A stretch of DNA of 52,117 nucleotides from an uncultured Bacillota bacterium (GTDB lineage Bacteria > Bacillota_I > Bacilli_A > Izemoplasmatales > UBA1188): positions 1 to 52,117 of the forward strand of contig CALCVH010000063.1 in assembly GCA_937907585.1 (NCBI GenBank). The letters are read 5' to 3'. The notes under the pieces are model-generated. The model ran no database searches, was not told the origin of the DNA, and saw nothing but the letters and a program-made list of their open reading frames with translations. Shown in pieces: positions 1 through 9,056 of this stretch. Both the position numbers and the translations under genes were made by a program. Position 1 is the first letter of the stretch; every line of letters begins with the position of its first letter.

Positions 1-175
1 TAAGAATGGCTACTTTTAGTATGCGATTATTAAGCCAAATAAAATAATTATGAAATTTTACTTGATTTATTTATAGTTGGCTCATAAAAACATTATAAAC
101 AATTTATATGCATAGTTAAAAAGAAAATTTGTTTAAAATAGTAAATATTTTAAAAGAAGAATAGACATAAAAATG

Positions 176-205
176 TTGGTTTTTTATTAAAAAATAGCAT
201 ATAAT
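176..205 (+). promoter_or_regulatory. candidate sigma-70 type promoter for the oxidoreductase gene
   Basis: TTGGTT (176-181), 18-nt spacer, TATAAT (200-205), just upstream of the first ORF. Confidence 0.4.
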
Positions 206-227
206 CATATTTGACGAGTATAGGTGG

Positions 228-1508
228 ATGGTTGTAGGAATGAAAAAAGTATATACTGTATCAATATTAGGAACAGGCTCTAGAGGAGCAGAATCTTATG
301 GTAGAATTATGATGGCTCATAGTGATATGTATAAGATTGTTTCTATATGTGATATCTCTGAAGTAAAAGTAGATAAATATCAAAAATTATTCAATCTTGA
401 TAAGAATAATTGTTTTACTGATGAAAATGAATTCTTTAAAGAAAGAAGAAGTGATTGTCTTGTTCTTGCGACTATGGATGAGGATCACGTTAGACAGTGC
501 ATAAAAGCGTTTGAGCTAGGATATGATGTTTTACTAGAAAAGCCTATTTCTCCTAAACTTGATGAATTATATGCTTTGCTTGAAGCACAAAAGAAACATA
601 ATAATAAGGCATTAGTATGCCATGTATTAAGATATGCACCACTATTTACCAAGATTAAAGAACTATTAGATAATAAAGTATGTGGCGATCTAGTAATGAT
701 TGATTCTATAGAACAGGTTTGTTTCTGGCATCAAGCACATTCATTTGTTAGAGGTAATTGGCGAAATAGCGATGAAACTTCACCTATGATATTACAGAAG
801 TGCTGTCACGATTTAGATCTACTCCAATATTATGCTAATAGTAAATGCGATACCATTTCATCAATCGGATCACTTAGATATTTTAAAAAAGAGAATCAAC
901 CAGCTGGCGCAGCTGATAGATGCACTAAATGTAAATTTGTTGATACCTGTACATTTAGCGCTAAGAGATTCTATATCGGTGAATGGAAGAAGATAGGGTC
1001 AGTAGAAAATGGTTGGCCATACAATGTTATTACAACTAAGCTTCCATTAACTGAAGAAAACCTATATGAAGCTATTGATAAAGGACCTTATGGAAGATGT
1101 GTCTTCGCTTGTGATAACAATGTAGTTGATAATCAAATCGTTATGATGAGATTTGAAAATGGTGTAAATGCCAATTTAAGAATGACCGCATTTACTCCAG
1201 GTGGTGGTAGAATAATGAAGTTCTACTGTACTAATGGATTAATTGAACTGCTTGATGCAGAAGAAAAGATTGTTGTAACTAAATTCTATGAAGAACCAGA
1301 AACAATAGATATAAATCTTCTTCTTAATGAAGGTGGCCATAATCATGGTGGTGGAGATGCAGGTATTATCGATTCATTCTACAAATTACTTAATGGTGAA
1401 AGAATGGTTGGTACATCACTTGAAAGCTCAATTGAATCTCACTTGATGGCCTTAAAAGCTGAAGAATCAAGACTAGAAAACGGAAAATTATTGAAAGTGC
1501 ATGAATAG
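228..1508 (+). CDS. Gfo/Idh/MocA family oxidoreductase
   Basis: Long ORF with an N-terminal Rossmann loop 'ILGTGSRG' and the 'LLEKP' motif typical of the family. Alternative start at ATG 240 (MKKVY). Confidence 0.85.
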   Translation: MVVGMKKVYTVSILGTGSRGAESYGRIMMAHSDMYKIVSICDISEVKVDKYQKLFNLDKNNCFTDENEFFKERRSDCLVLATMDEDHVRQCIKAFELGYDVLLEKPISPKLDELYALLEAQKKHNNKALVCHVLRYAPLFTKIKELLDNKVCGDLVMIDSIEQVCFWHQAHSFVRGNWRNSDETSPMILQKCCHDLDLLQYYANSKCDTISSIGSLRYFKKENQPAGAADRCTKCKFVDTCTFSAKRFYIGEWKKIGSVENGWPYNVITTKLPLTEENLYEAIDKGPYGRCVFACDNNVVDNQIVMMRFENGVNANLRMTAFTPGGGRIMKFYCTNGLIELLDAEEKIVVTKFYEEPETIDINLLLNEGGHNHGGGDAGIIDSFYKLLNGERMVGTSLESSIESHLMALKAEESRLENGKLLKVHE

Positions 1509-1521
1509 TGCACTTTTCTTT
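1497..1521 (+). terminator. weak intrinsic terminator overlapping the stop codon
   Basis: GTGCA (1497-1501) / TGCAC (1509-1513) 5-bp stem followed by TTTTCTTT. Confidence 0.35.
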
Positions 1522-1630
1522 CATAAAAAAAAGAACAAAAACACAACAAAATAGTTCAAATTAGTATTGAAAATAATATTGTTATTTATTAATATAGAGG
1601 TAATATTAGATTTTTTTGAATGAGGCCAAA

Positions 1631-4600
1631 ATGAAAAAGTTATTTATAATCTTATCGATGATAATTTGCTGCTCTTTTGCTTTTGTGTTATGTTCTTGTA
1701 ATAAGAAGACTGAAGAAAATAACACAACTACAAATATCGACAATCCATCTACAAAAATTACTGAATTTAGTGAAAAAGAAAAAGGTGATGTTGTCGAATT
1801 AAACAATCAAACAATTGATGTTTATAAAAAGAATTTAGAGAAACTAGGATATACATCAGTATCTTACGAAGAGACTGATGATCTTTGCGCTTTAAACGAA
1901 GGAATGGGATGGGTAATCCTTGAAGAGCCATTACTTGGTGGACTTCCATCTGTTGGATATCGTGGAACATTCCCTGAAGTAAAAGCAATATCACTTTCTA
2001 CAGCGTGGAGCTGTTTCGAAATAGAACCAGGAGTATATGACTGGCATGTTATGGATGAGACTATCGCATACTGGGCACAGTTTAATAAAGAATTCAATAT
2101 GCGACTCTGTACAGATAACTTATTCTTAAACCAAGGTGTTAAATGGGGAGCGCCTAAATGGCTAACTGAAGAACCATTTAATGTTCCATATAAGACACTA
2201 TCGGATGATCAAATATATTTTGATTTATCAAATGAAACATATCTTGAAAGACTTTCTATGTTCTTAGAAGCATTCGCAGCTCACTATCAAGATCCTGAAT
2301 ATCCATATAGAGACTTAATCAAAGTGGTTGAAATTAGAGGATATGGAATGGTTGGTGAGTGGCATTCTGGATGGAATGAATATGTTGATCTTGAACAAAG
2401 AGAAAGTGTTCTTAGAAATATTCTTAAGATGTGGAAAGACGCTTGGGATGACGATAAACTATTAGTTGTTTCATGTACATATGAATTTACACAATACATG
2501 GGATTAGGCTTAACTAAACCAAAAGATATGCAGGAATTCTGTGAATTCATGGGATATGATTACGCATTAGGAAATGGTATTACATTTAGAAGAGATGGCA
2601 TCGCTTTTGCGTTACAAGAATATGATCAAGATTTCGCAGTTTACTATTACTATTTAAATACTGGTTTACCACTTCTTGGAGAGATTGGTGATGGATATTG
2701 GCTACATAGCGATTCATCTCCATATCCAGTATTTGAAGCAATAAATGAAGCATTATATAAATGGAGAATTAACTATAACACAGTAATTGGTTGGGTTGCG
2801 CAAGACTTTGAAGAAGTAGTCGCTAATGAAGAACCAATTATCGATTATTATAACCACACTATAGGATATAGATTTATTCCTCATTCTGTTGAATATTCAA
2901 ATTCAGTTAAAGCAGGAGATAAATTATATCTTAATACATATATTGAAAACGATGGTGTTGGTAGATGTTGGGAAGATCATGATTTCTCAATCTATTTAGA
3001 AGACGCTAGTGGAAATACTAAATACATAGGAACTGATGCATCATTTAATCCTGTTTCAATGAATGGTGGTGAAGCGCATTACTTCAATTTAAAATTTGAT
3101 TTACCTGAAACACTATCAAATGGTGAATACACTATTAAGTTCGCAGTTAGTGATAGCGATGGTAATCCTAAAATCGCAATGCCTATCGCTGGAAATGATG
3201 GAACAAATAAATATTATCTTGGTAAAGTTACTGTTGGAGATAAAGCCGCTGTAGATTTAAATAAAGTTGATACACTAACTAAAGGTGAAACAAGTATCAT
3301 CGCTAAAGGAAATGGCGCAATTACCGCTAGAACTACTACAGTAGATGGCTCAGCTGCGCTAGTTGGAAGTGGATCTGATATATTTGGCGAAGGTCAAAGA
3401 CTCGAAAATGGTAAAGCATATTATGTTTCTTTCTTCTATAAAACAAATAAGAACCAAAACAACATAACTATTCTTGATGATTCAAGATATGTTGTAGGAG
3501 CTTATACTAAGGATGAAAGAAGCTGGGGCGATAAATACGAATGGTTAGATGTATCAAACAAGGTATCTCATAGAACTGTATTATTAAATGTTCCAGATGA
3601 TAATAAACCTTATTATCTTACATTTGCGTGCTTAAATGAAGCAGATGAAATCGCAATTGATAATGTTCAAGTTGAAGAAGCAGTAAAAGTTGATTCATCA
3701 TTTAGAATTAATCCAACTTATACTGATAAGAATGAAGATGGAAGCTATACTATGTTAAACACATATGTAAAGACATGGGGTGATGGCTTACAATTAAAAG
3801 AAGCTTTATACCCTCATACATCATATATGATTACATTCGACGCTCAAACAACAGTTGAGATTGGTAATGGCGCGTTCTTCTATGTTGGATTTACTGATAA
3901 TAACGTTGATTATGAAGAAAAATATGACGCTATTAAAGCGTTTGATAAATTAAGAATAGGTTCATTCTATACTCCAAAAGAATATGGATATCAAAAATAT
4001 TCCTATATGTTTAATACTGATAATTTCAATACTACTGATTATTATCTAGCATTTGGTATATATGGAATTGGTGGTGTTCAAATTAAGAATATTACATTAA
4101 CTATGCTTGATACTGATTTAAGTTATACAACTGATGACATAGTGGTTAAACATAACGAAAAAACAGATAAACATATTAAGCTAGAAGTTGGAGATACAAT
4201 TTATGAAAACTTTGAATCAGGATTCTTCAATGGCGGAATAATGTATCCAGGCATTAGATCTACCGGTATCATGACATCTGATCCTGAAAAGGTAATAAGC
4301 GGTAAATATAGTGCTTATATAGATAACTCAAAAGATAATGCGCCTGATATTCTAACTTATAACTATAATATCTTCTTACAATCTAATATAAAAGACTTTA
4401 GATTAGAATGTGGTGAAAGTTATAGGGTAGAATTCAAGGTAAGAGTTGTAAAAGACTTTATTAAAACATATGATGATGTTGATCCATGGGGAGCTTATTT
4501 CTACTTTATCGCAAGAGAAAATGGGACTTTCGCTCACGATAGAGGATATGTTGCGATGTCTCATGCGCCAAATAGAGTTAATGAAGCTGTGATGTTGACA

Positions 4601-4843
4601 GATTATGAAGTTGGTAAAGTATATTGTATTGAAACAGAATTCACTACAGTAAGCGCAAATTCATATGTTACTTTACAGTGGGGCGTAGGTAAAGATGGCG
4701 CAGTTGTAGTAGATGATATCGTCATCACAAGAATTGATAATAGTGAAGTTAATGTTCATTATGGATATTGCAAACCAACATTCCCTGCTGATAAATTAGA
4801 TGTTATTCTATACGATTATGTATTCGATAAGAAAGAAGAATAG
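1631..4843 (+). CDS. large lipoprotein with a glycoside-hydrolase-like TIM-barrel region (DUF4874/DUF4832-like by recollection) plus C-terminal beta-sandwich/CBM-like region
   Basis: Start trimmed to MKKLFIIL. Signal peptide with lipobox-like 'FVLCSC'. GH-like blocks 'AWSCFEIEPGVYDW' and 'GYGMVGEWHSGW'. About 550 aa of Gly/Asp/Tyr-rich beta-type sequence follow. Confidence 0.65.
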   Translation: MKKLFIILSMIICCSFAFVLCSCNKKTEENNTTTNIDNPSTKITEFSEKEKGDVVELNNQTIDVYKKNLEKLGYTSVSYEETDDLCALNEGMGWVILEEPLLGGLPSVGYRGTFPEVKAISLSTAWSCFEIEPGVYDWHVMDETIAYWAQFNKEFNMRLCTDNLFLNQGVKWGAPKWLTEEPFNVPYKTLSDDQIYFDLSNETYLERLSMFLEAFAAHYQDPEYPYRDLIKVVEIRGYGMVGEWHSGWNEYVDLEQRESVLRNILKMWKDAWDDDKLLVVSCTYEFTQYMGLGLTKPKDMQEFCEFMGYDYALGNGITFRRDGIAFALQEYDQDFAVYYYYLNTGLPLLGEIGDGYWLHSDSSPYPVFEAINEALYKWRINYNTVIGWVAQDFEEVVANEEPIIDYYNHTIGYRFIPHSVEYSNSVKAGDKLYLNTYIENDGVGRCWEDHDFSIYLEDASGNTKYIGTDASFNPVSMNGGEAHYFNLKFDLPETLSNGEYTIKFAVSDSDGNPKIAMPIAGNDGTNKYYLGKVTVGDKAAVDLNKVDTLTKGETSIIAKGNGAITARTTTVDGSAALVGSGSDIFGEGQRLENGKAYYVSFFYKTNKNQNNITILDDSRYVVGAYTKDERSWGDKYEWLDVSNKVSHRTVLLNVPDDNKPYYLTFACLNEADEIAIDNVQVEEAVKVDSSFRINPTYTDKNEDGSYTMLNTYVKTWGDGLQLKEALYPHTSYMITFDAQTTVEIGNGAFFYVGFTDNNVDYEEKYDAIKAFDKLRIGSFYTPKEYGYQKYSYMFNTDNFNTTDYYLAFGIYGIGGVQIKNITLTMLDTDLSYTTDDIVVKHNEKTDKHIKLEVGDTIYENFESGFFNGGIMYPGIRSTGIMTSDPEKVISGKYSAYIDNSKDNAPDILTYNYNIFLQSNIKDFRLECGESYRVEFKVRVVKDFIKTYDDVDPWGAYFYFIARENGTFAHDRGYVAMSHAPNRVNEAVMLTDYEVGKVYCIETEFTTVSANSYVTLQWGVGKDGAVVVDDIVITRIDNSEVNVHYGYCKPTFPADKLDVILYDYVFDKKEE

Positions 4844-4853
4844 GAGAACAACA

Positions 4854-6287
4854 ATGAAAATAAACATTAAGAAAATATGCATGTTTTTACTGTTAATAAC
4901 TACTTTGTTGTTAACGGTTGCGTGCACTAAGAAGACTTATATCTCAACATATACTGATGAACAAGGAAATGTTCAATCAGTAGTTGTTGAAGATGATAAT
5001 ATATTTGGCGGTGGTGGGAAGAAAAAGACTACAGTTAGAATCTATACTTTTAATAACCCAGCCGCAAATGAAAGATATTTAAATGCGATTAAGAATGATT
5101 TTAATGTTAAATATCCAAATATTAAAATAGAACTTCAAACATCAACAGGAAGTTTCTATACTAACTTATTAAGTGATTTCTCAGCTGGTACTCAGGCAGA
5201 TCTATTCTATATGGAACCAGGTGAAATATATCCATTCTTACAAGAAGGATATTTAGAACCTCTTGATTCATATTTTGATAATAGCTCTTTAATATCTCAA
5301 GATGATGTATGGGATATTAATAAGCTTGCGTATAGATATGATGAATCAACTGATACATTCGGAACTGATAGTGGAAGTACATACGCACTACTCAAAGACT
5401 GGACTACTGATGCGATGCTTTATTATAATAGAAGCTTATTCACAGATGAACAGCTTCAAGTAATAGAAAAAGATGAAGATAATGATGGAATATTTGATCC
5501 AATGAGCTATGAAGAATTTGAAACACTATGTCAAGAGCTTTTGGTTAAAGAAGGTAACACAATCAAACAATATTCATTCTTACCTGGTCTCGCTGAAGCT
5601 AAAGTATTATCACAGTTCTTAACTAATGCAGGATTATCTTGGTTTGATAAGAATACTTATAAATCAACTCTTTCAACTCCAGAAGTTAAAGACGTTATCG
5701 AATATTACTATAGAATATTAAGTTTAAATAATGTTAATAACGTTGGTTCAACTCATATGCCTCTATTCGAACAAGGAAAAGTCGCAATGATTATGGGTGG
5801 ATTATATAACATAAATGAAAATAACTTAGATAAATTTGGAGATAATTTAGGTGTTGCATATCCTCCAGTAAAAGATAAAACAAAAGATGTTAAACCATTT
5901 ACTACAGGCTGTGTTGCGCTCGCAATGAGTTCATCATCAAGAGTAAAAGATGCTGCATGGAAATTCATTGAATGGTATATGGATTATTTCGGAAAAGCTG
6001 ACGCTCAAGCATGTTCTAACTTCACTGCTAAAAAAGAATACGCAAAGTATATTATTGACCCTGAATTCAATGACAACGCAACAAGACTTAGAATTGGTAA
6101 GATATTCTATGCTTCACTCGATAAAGCAATCATTATAGAAAGAAATAAATATTGTTCACAAGCGTCTTTTGAATCCGCAGAACTTGCCTACGCTGGTGAA
6201 TACTTAAATGGAGACTTTACATTAAATCAGTTCGTTGAGGCTGTAGAAGGCAGAATCAATGCTGTAGTAGAAATTAATAGAGAATAA
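4854..6287 (+). CDS. ABC transporter extracellular solute-binding lipoprotein (carbohydrate type)
   Basis: Start trimmed to ATG 4854 (GGAG 8 nt upstream). Signal peptide ends 'LLTVAC'. Followed directly by two permease genes. Confidence 0.85.
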   Translation: MKINIKKICMFLLLITTLLLTVACTKKTYISTYTDEQGNVQSVVVEDDNIFGGGGKKKTTVRIYTFNNPAANERYLNAIKNDFNVKYPNIKIELQTSTGSFYTNLLSDFSAGTQADLFYMEPGEIYPFLQEGYLEPLDSYFDNSSLISQDDVWDINKLAYRYDESTDTFGTDSGSTYALLKDWTTDAMLYYNRSLFTDEQLQVIEKDEDNDGIFDPMSYEEFETLCQELLVKEGNTIKQYSFLPGLAEAKVLSQFLTNAGLSWFDKNTYKSTLSTPEVKDVIEYYYRILSLNNVNNVGSTHMPLFEQGKVAMIMGGLYNINENNLDKFGDNLGVAYPPVKDKTKDVKPFTTGCVALAMSSSSRVKDAAWKFIEWYMDYFGKADAQACSNFTAKKEYAKYIIDPEFNDNATRLRIGKIFYASLDKAIIIERNKYCSQASFESAELAYAGEYLNGDFTLNQFVEAVEGRINAVVEINRE

Positions 6288-6288
6288 A

Positions 6289-7194
6289 ATGAAATTTATG
6301 GTATCAAAGAAAACAAGAAAAACATTAACCGGAATAGCTTATATCAGCCCATGGATAATTGGGTTTTCTTGCTTTGGAATAATACCACTTGCTTATTCGT
6401 TCTATTGTAGTTTTTGTCAGTATAAATTAGGTGGACAACCTAAGTTCTTATTAAATACCGATAAGGGATTATTCTATAACTATATAACCTTATTCTCTGG
6501 GACATATGGAGATTTCTATGTTTCATTTAAGAACACTTTTGTCTTCACCTTCTTAACTACTACATTAACGATGTTAATTGGATTAACATTTTCACTAATT
6601 ATAAATTCTGTTCCAAAACTCAAAAGATTCTTCCAAACAGTATATTATTTGCCTGGTGTATTACCATTAATCGCTGCGACAATGTTATGGGAAGCGATGT
6701 TCGCTCAACAGGGAATATTAAATGGTATATTTGGTTGGTTTGGAGCAGAACCAATAATATTTATGAATCATAAGAATGCGATGGCAAGTTTGATTCTAAT
6801 GAGCGTCTGGGGTGGAATCGGTGGAAAGATCACGATGTTATGTCCTACAATCGCTAGCGTTTCAACTGAAATGTTAGAATCAATGGAACTTGATGGCGCA
6901 AACACTTTTGATAAGATTATCCACGCAATAATTCCTATGATTAGCCCAACTATATTCTATCTATTAATAATGGATATTATTGGAGGACTCCAAGTTTACG
7001 CACCAATGATGATGCTTGGAGGAGGAACAGCAACAGTATCTGCTACATTACAGATTTATAATTTAACATTTACAGATAGAGCTGTAGGCTTTGCGTGCGC
7101 ATACGCTTGGGTTTTATTTGTACTAATATTAATTATCACCATCTTATTCTTTAGATTTGGTGGAAAGAAAGTTTATTATGCGGATGGTGATTAA
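6289..7194 (+). CDS. sugar ABC transporter permease (MalF/UgpA-like)
   Basis: Six hydrophobic segments. EAA-type loop 'ESMELDGANTFDKIIHAIIP'. Confidence 0.9.
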   Translation: MKFMVSKKTRKTLTGIAYISPWIIGFSCFGIIPLAYSFYCSFCQYKLGGQPKFLLNTDKGLFYNYITLFSGTYGDFYVSFKNTFVFTFLTTTLTMLIGLTFSLIINSVPKLKRFFQTVYYLPGVLPLIAATMLWEAMFAQQGILNGIFGWFGAEPIIFMNHKNAMASLILMSVWGGIGGKITMLCPTIASVSTEMLESMELDGANTFDKIIHAIIPMISPTIFYLLIMDIIGGLQVYAPMMMLGGGTATVSATLQIYNLTFTDRAVGFACAYAWVLFVLILIITILFFRFGGKKVYYADGD

Positions 7195-7195
7195 T

Positions 7196-8071
7196 ATGAC
7201 AAGCTTTAAAAGATCTAAGAAAAGACAAAGATTAGTTAAAAACATATCCACATATACTGTTTTAGCTATCGTAGGACTTATAATGGTTGTGCCAACATTT
7301 ATTATGATCACATCATCATTTAAGTCATATGATGAATATTATTCAGATGTATTTAAACTGTTACCTGGTAAATGGATTTTTGATAACTACGTAAGAATAT
7401 TTACTACAAATGATTACATTTTTAGATGGGTATTCAATACATTAATTCTATTAGTTTCGAATACTGTAATAGTTACATTCTCAACAATTCTAATCGCTTA
7501 TGGTTTCTCAAAATATAAAAGTAAAATAAGCGAAGTACTATTTATGGTATTATTATCAACTATGATGATTCCTTGGGCAGTTACGATGATTCCATCATAT
7601 GTAATATGGGCGAAACTTGGACTTGTAAATACATATTGGCCACTAATATTACCATCAATTGGTGGTAGCGCATATTATACGTTTATGTTAAGACAAAATA
7701 TGAGGGGCATTCCAAATGAGATGCTTGAATCAGCTGAAATTGATGGCGCTACTTCATGGCAGAGATTATGGAAGATAGTTGTGCCAAATTGTACACCTGC
7801 GATTATTACTATGGTATTATTCACATCTATGGGTATCTGGGGTGATTATCTAGGTCCAAGTATCTATTTAAGAAAAGAAGAATTATATAACATTTCTGTT
7901 GGATTAAATTCATTAAGAGTTACTTCATCTAGCGCATCAACTGGTGGAAGAACTGACGCACCAATGTTACTCGCATCTAGTGTGCTTATGGCTATACCAT
8001 CTATAGTTATGTATTTCATAGGAACAAGAGCGTTTACAAAAGGAATATCACTACAAGGAAGCGATAAATAA
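7196..8071 (+). CDS. sugar ABC transporter permease (MalG/UgpE-like)
   Basis: Start trimmed to ATG 7196, 1 nt after the upstream stop. EAA loop 'ESAEIDGATSWQRLWKIVVP'. Confidence 0.9.
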   Translation: MTSFKRSKKRQRLVKNISTYTVLAIVGLIMVVPTFIMITSSFKSYDEYYSDVFKLLPGKWIFDNYVRIFTTNDYIFRWVFNTLILLVSNTVIVTFSTILIAYGFSKYKSKISEVLFMVLLSTMMIPWAVTMIPSYVIWAKLGLVNTYWPLILPSIGGSAYYTFMLRQNMRGIPNEMLESAEIDGATSWQRLWKIVVPNCTPAIITMVLFTSMGIWGDYLGPSIYLRKEELYNISVGLNSLRVTSSSASTGGRTDAPMLLASSVLMAIPSIVMYFIGTRAFTKGISLQGSDK

Positions 8072-8072
8072 T

Positions 8073-9026
8073 ATGAAAAGAAAGATAATATTTGATACAG
8101 ATTTAGGTGGAGATATCGATGATGGTGGAGCTTTATCTATCATTCATCAAGCGGTGAATAATGGATACGCAGAACTACTTGCGTGCACATCAAGTACATC
8201 TAATCCTTATTCAGTATCAGCGATAGACGCAATAAATGAATACTATAAACATAAAGTAGAAGTTGGCACAACTAAACTGATACCAGAAGGCGAAACAATT
8301 AATAGAGATGAATATCTTAAAAATTGTGATACCTGGTATGGAAAATATATTAATGATAATTATCATCATACTTATACAAAGGATAACGCAAGAGACGCTA
8401 TTAAAGTATTAAGAGAAGTTTTAAGTAAAAACATAACTACAGATGATAATGAAAAAGTAACAATAATAGTTGTTGGCACAATCATTAATATTGAAGGATT
8501 ACTAAAATCAGAACCTGATGAATATTCTTCATTAAATGGAATTGAGTTAGTAAAAAATAGCGTTAAAGAATTCTCTTTAATGGGATGTTTTTTCCCATCA
8601 GAAGAATTAAAAGATGTGTGGTTTGGTGATTTTCATATGGAAGCTGAAAATAATATTGTTCAAGATATTAGTTCAGCGAAATATACTTTTAAAAATTCAT
8701 CTGTACCAATCGTTGTTTCTCATTTCACACCTGGAATGATGACGATAACTGGAGAATTAATTTCAAAAGAAAGCGATGATAACCCAGTTAGCGCATCCTA
8801 TAATAAATTCTTTAATGGTTTAAGACAGAGCTGGGATCCAATTAGCGCATATTATGCTATATATGGACTTAATAATGTATTAACTATAAGTGAACCTTTA
8901 ACTATATCAATAGATGATAAAGGAATATCTACTTATAAGAACAATAAATCTGGAACACATTATCTTCTTTATGCGAAATCGTATGAAGAATTAAAAAATG
9001 AATTAAATATAAAAATGGTTAAATAA
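8073..9026 (+). CDS. nucleoside hydrolase-fold (IUNH family-like) protein
   Basis: N-terminal 'IIFDTDLGGDIDDGGAL' resembles the DxDxxxDD Ca-binding signature of inosine/uridine-preferring nucleoside hydrolases. No signal peptide. Confidence 0.65.
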   Translation: MKRKIIFDTDLGGDIDDGGALSIIHQAVNNGYAELLACTSSTSNPYSVSAIDAINEYYKHKVEVGTTKLIPEGETINRDEYLKNCDTWYGKYINDNYHHTYTKDNARDAIKVLREVLSKNITTDDNEKVTIIVVGTIINIEGLLKSEPDEYSSLNGIELVKNSVKEFSLMGCFFPSEELKDVWFGDFHMEAENNIVQDISSAKYTFKNSSVPIVVSHFTPGMMTITGELISKESDDNPVSASYNKFFNGLRQSWDPISAYYAIYGLNNVLTISEPLTISIDDKGISTYKNNKSGTHYLLYAKSYEELKNELNIKMVK

Positions 9027-9056
9027 CATTTAAATATAAGGAGTTAACTATTAATT

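Noticed and set aside
1606-2550. Small minus-strand ORFs (1606-1806, 1767-1994, 1864-2097, 2287-2550)
   Set aside because: All are nested in well-supported genes and lack an RBS or recognisable motifs, so they are treated as frame noise. The same applies to the other short antisense or overlapping ORFs in the track: 5753-5968, 5950-6138, 9662-9877, 12458-12655, 17387-17620, 23467-23688, 28192-28464, 34586-34801, 34880-35107, 35152-35370, 35812-35994, 39247-39540, 39614-39814, 41717-41902, 42515-42709, 44641-45039, 47042-47287, 47487-47768 and 48659-48904.
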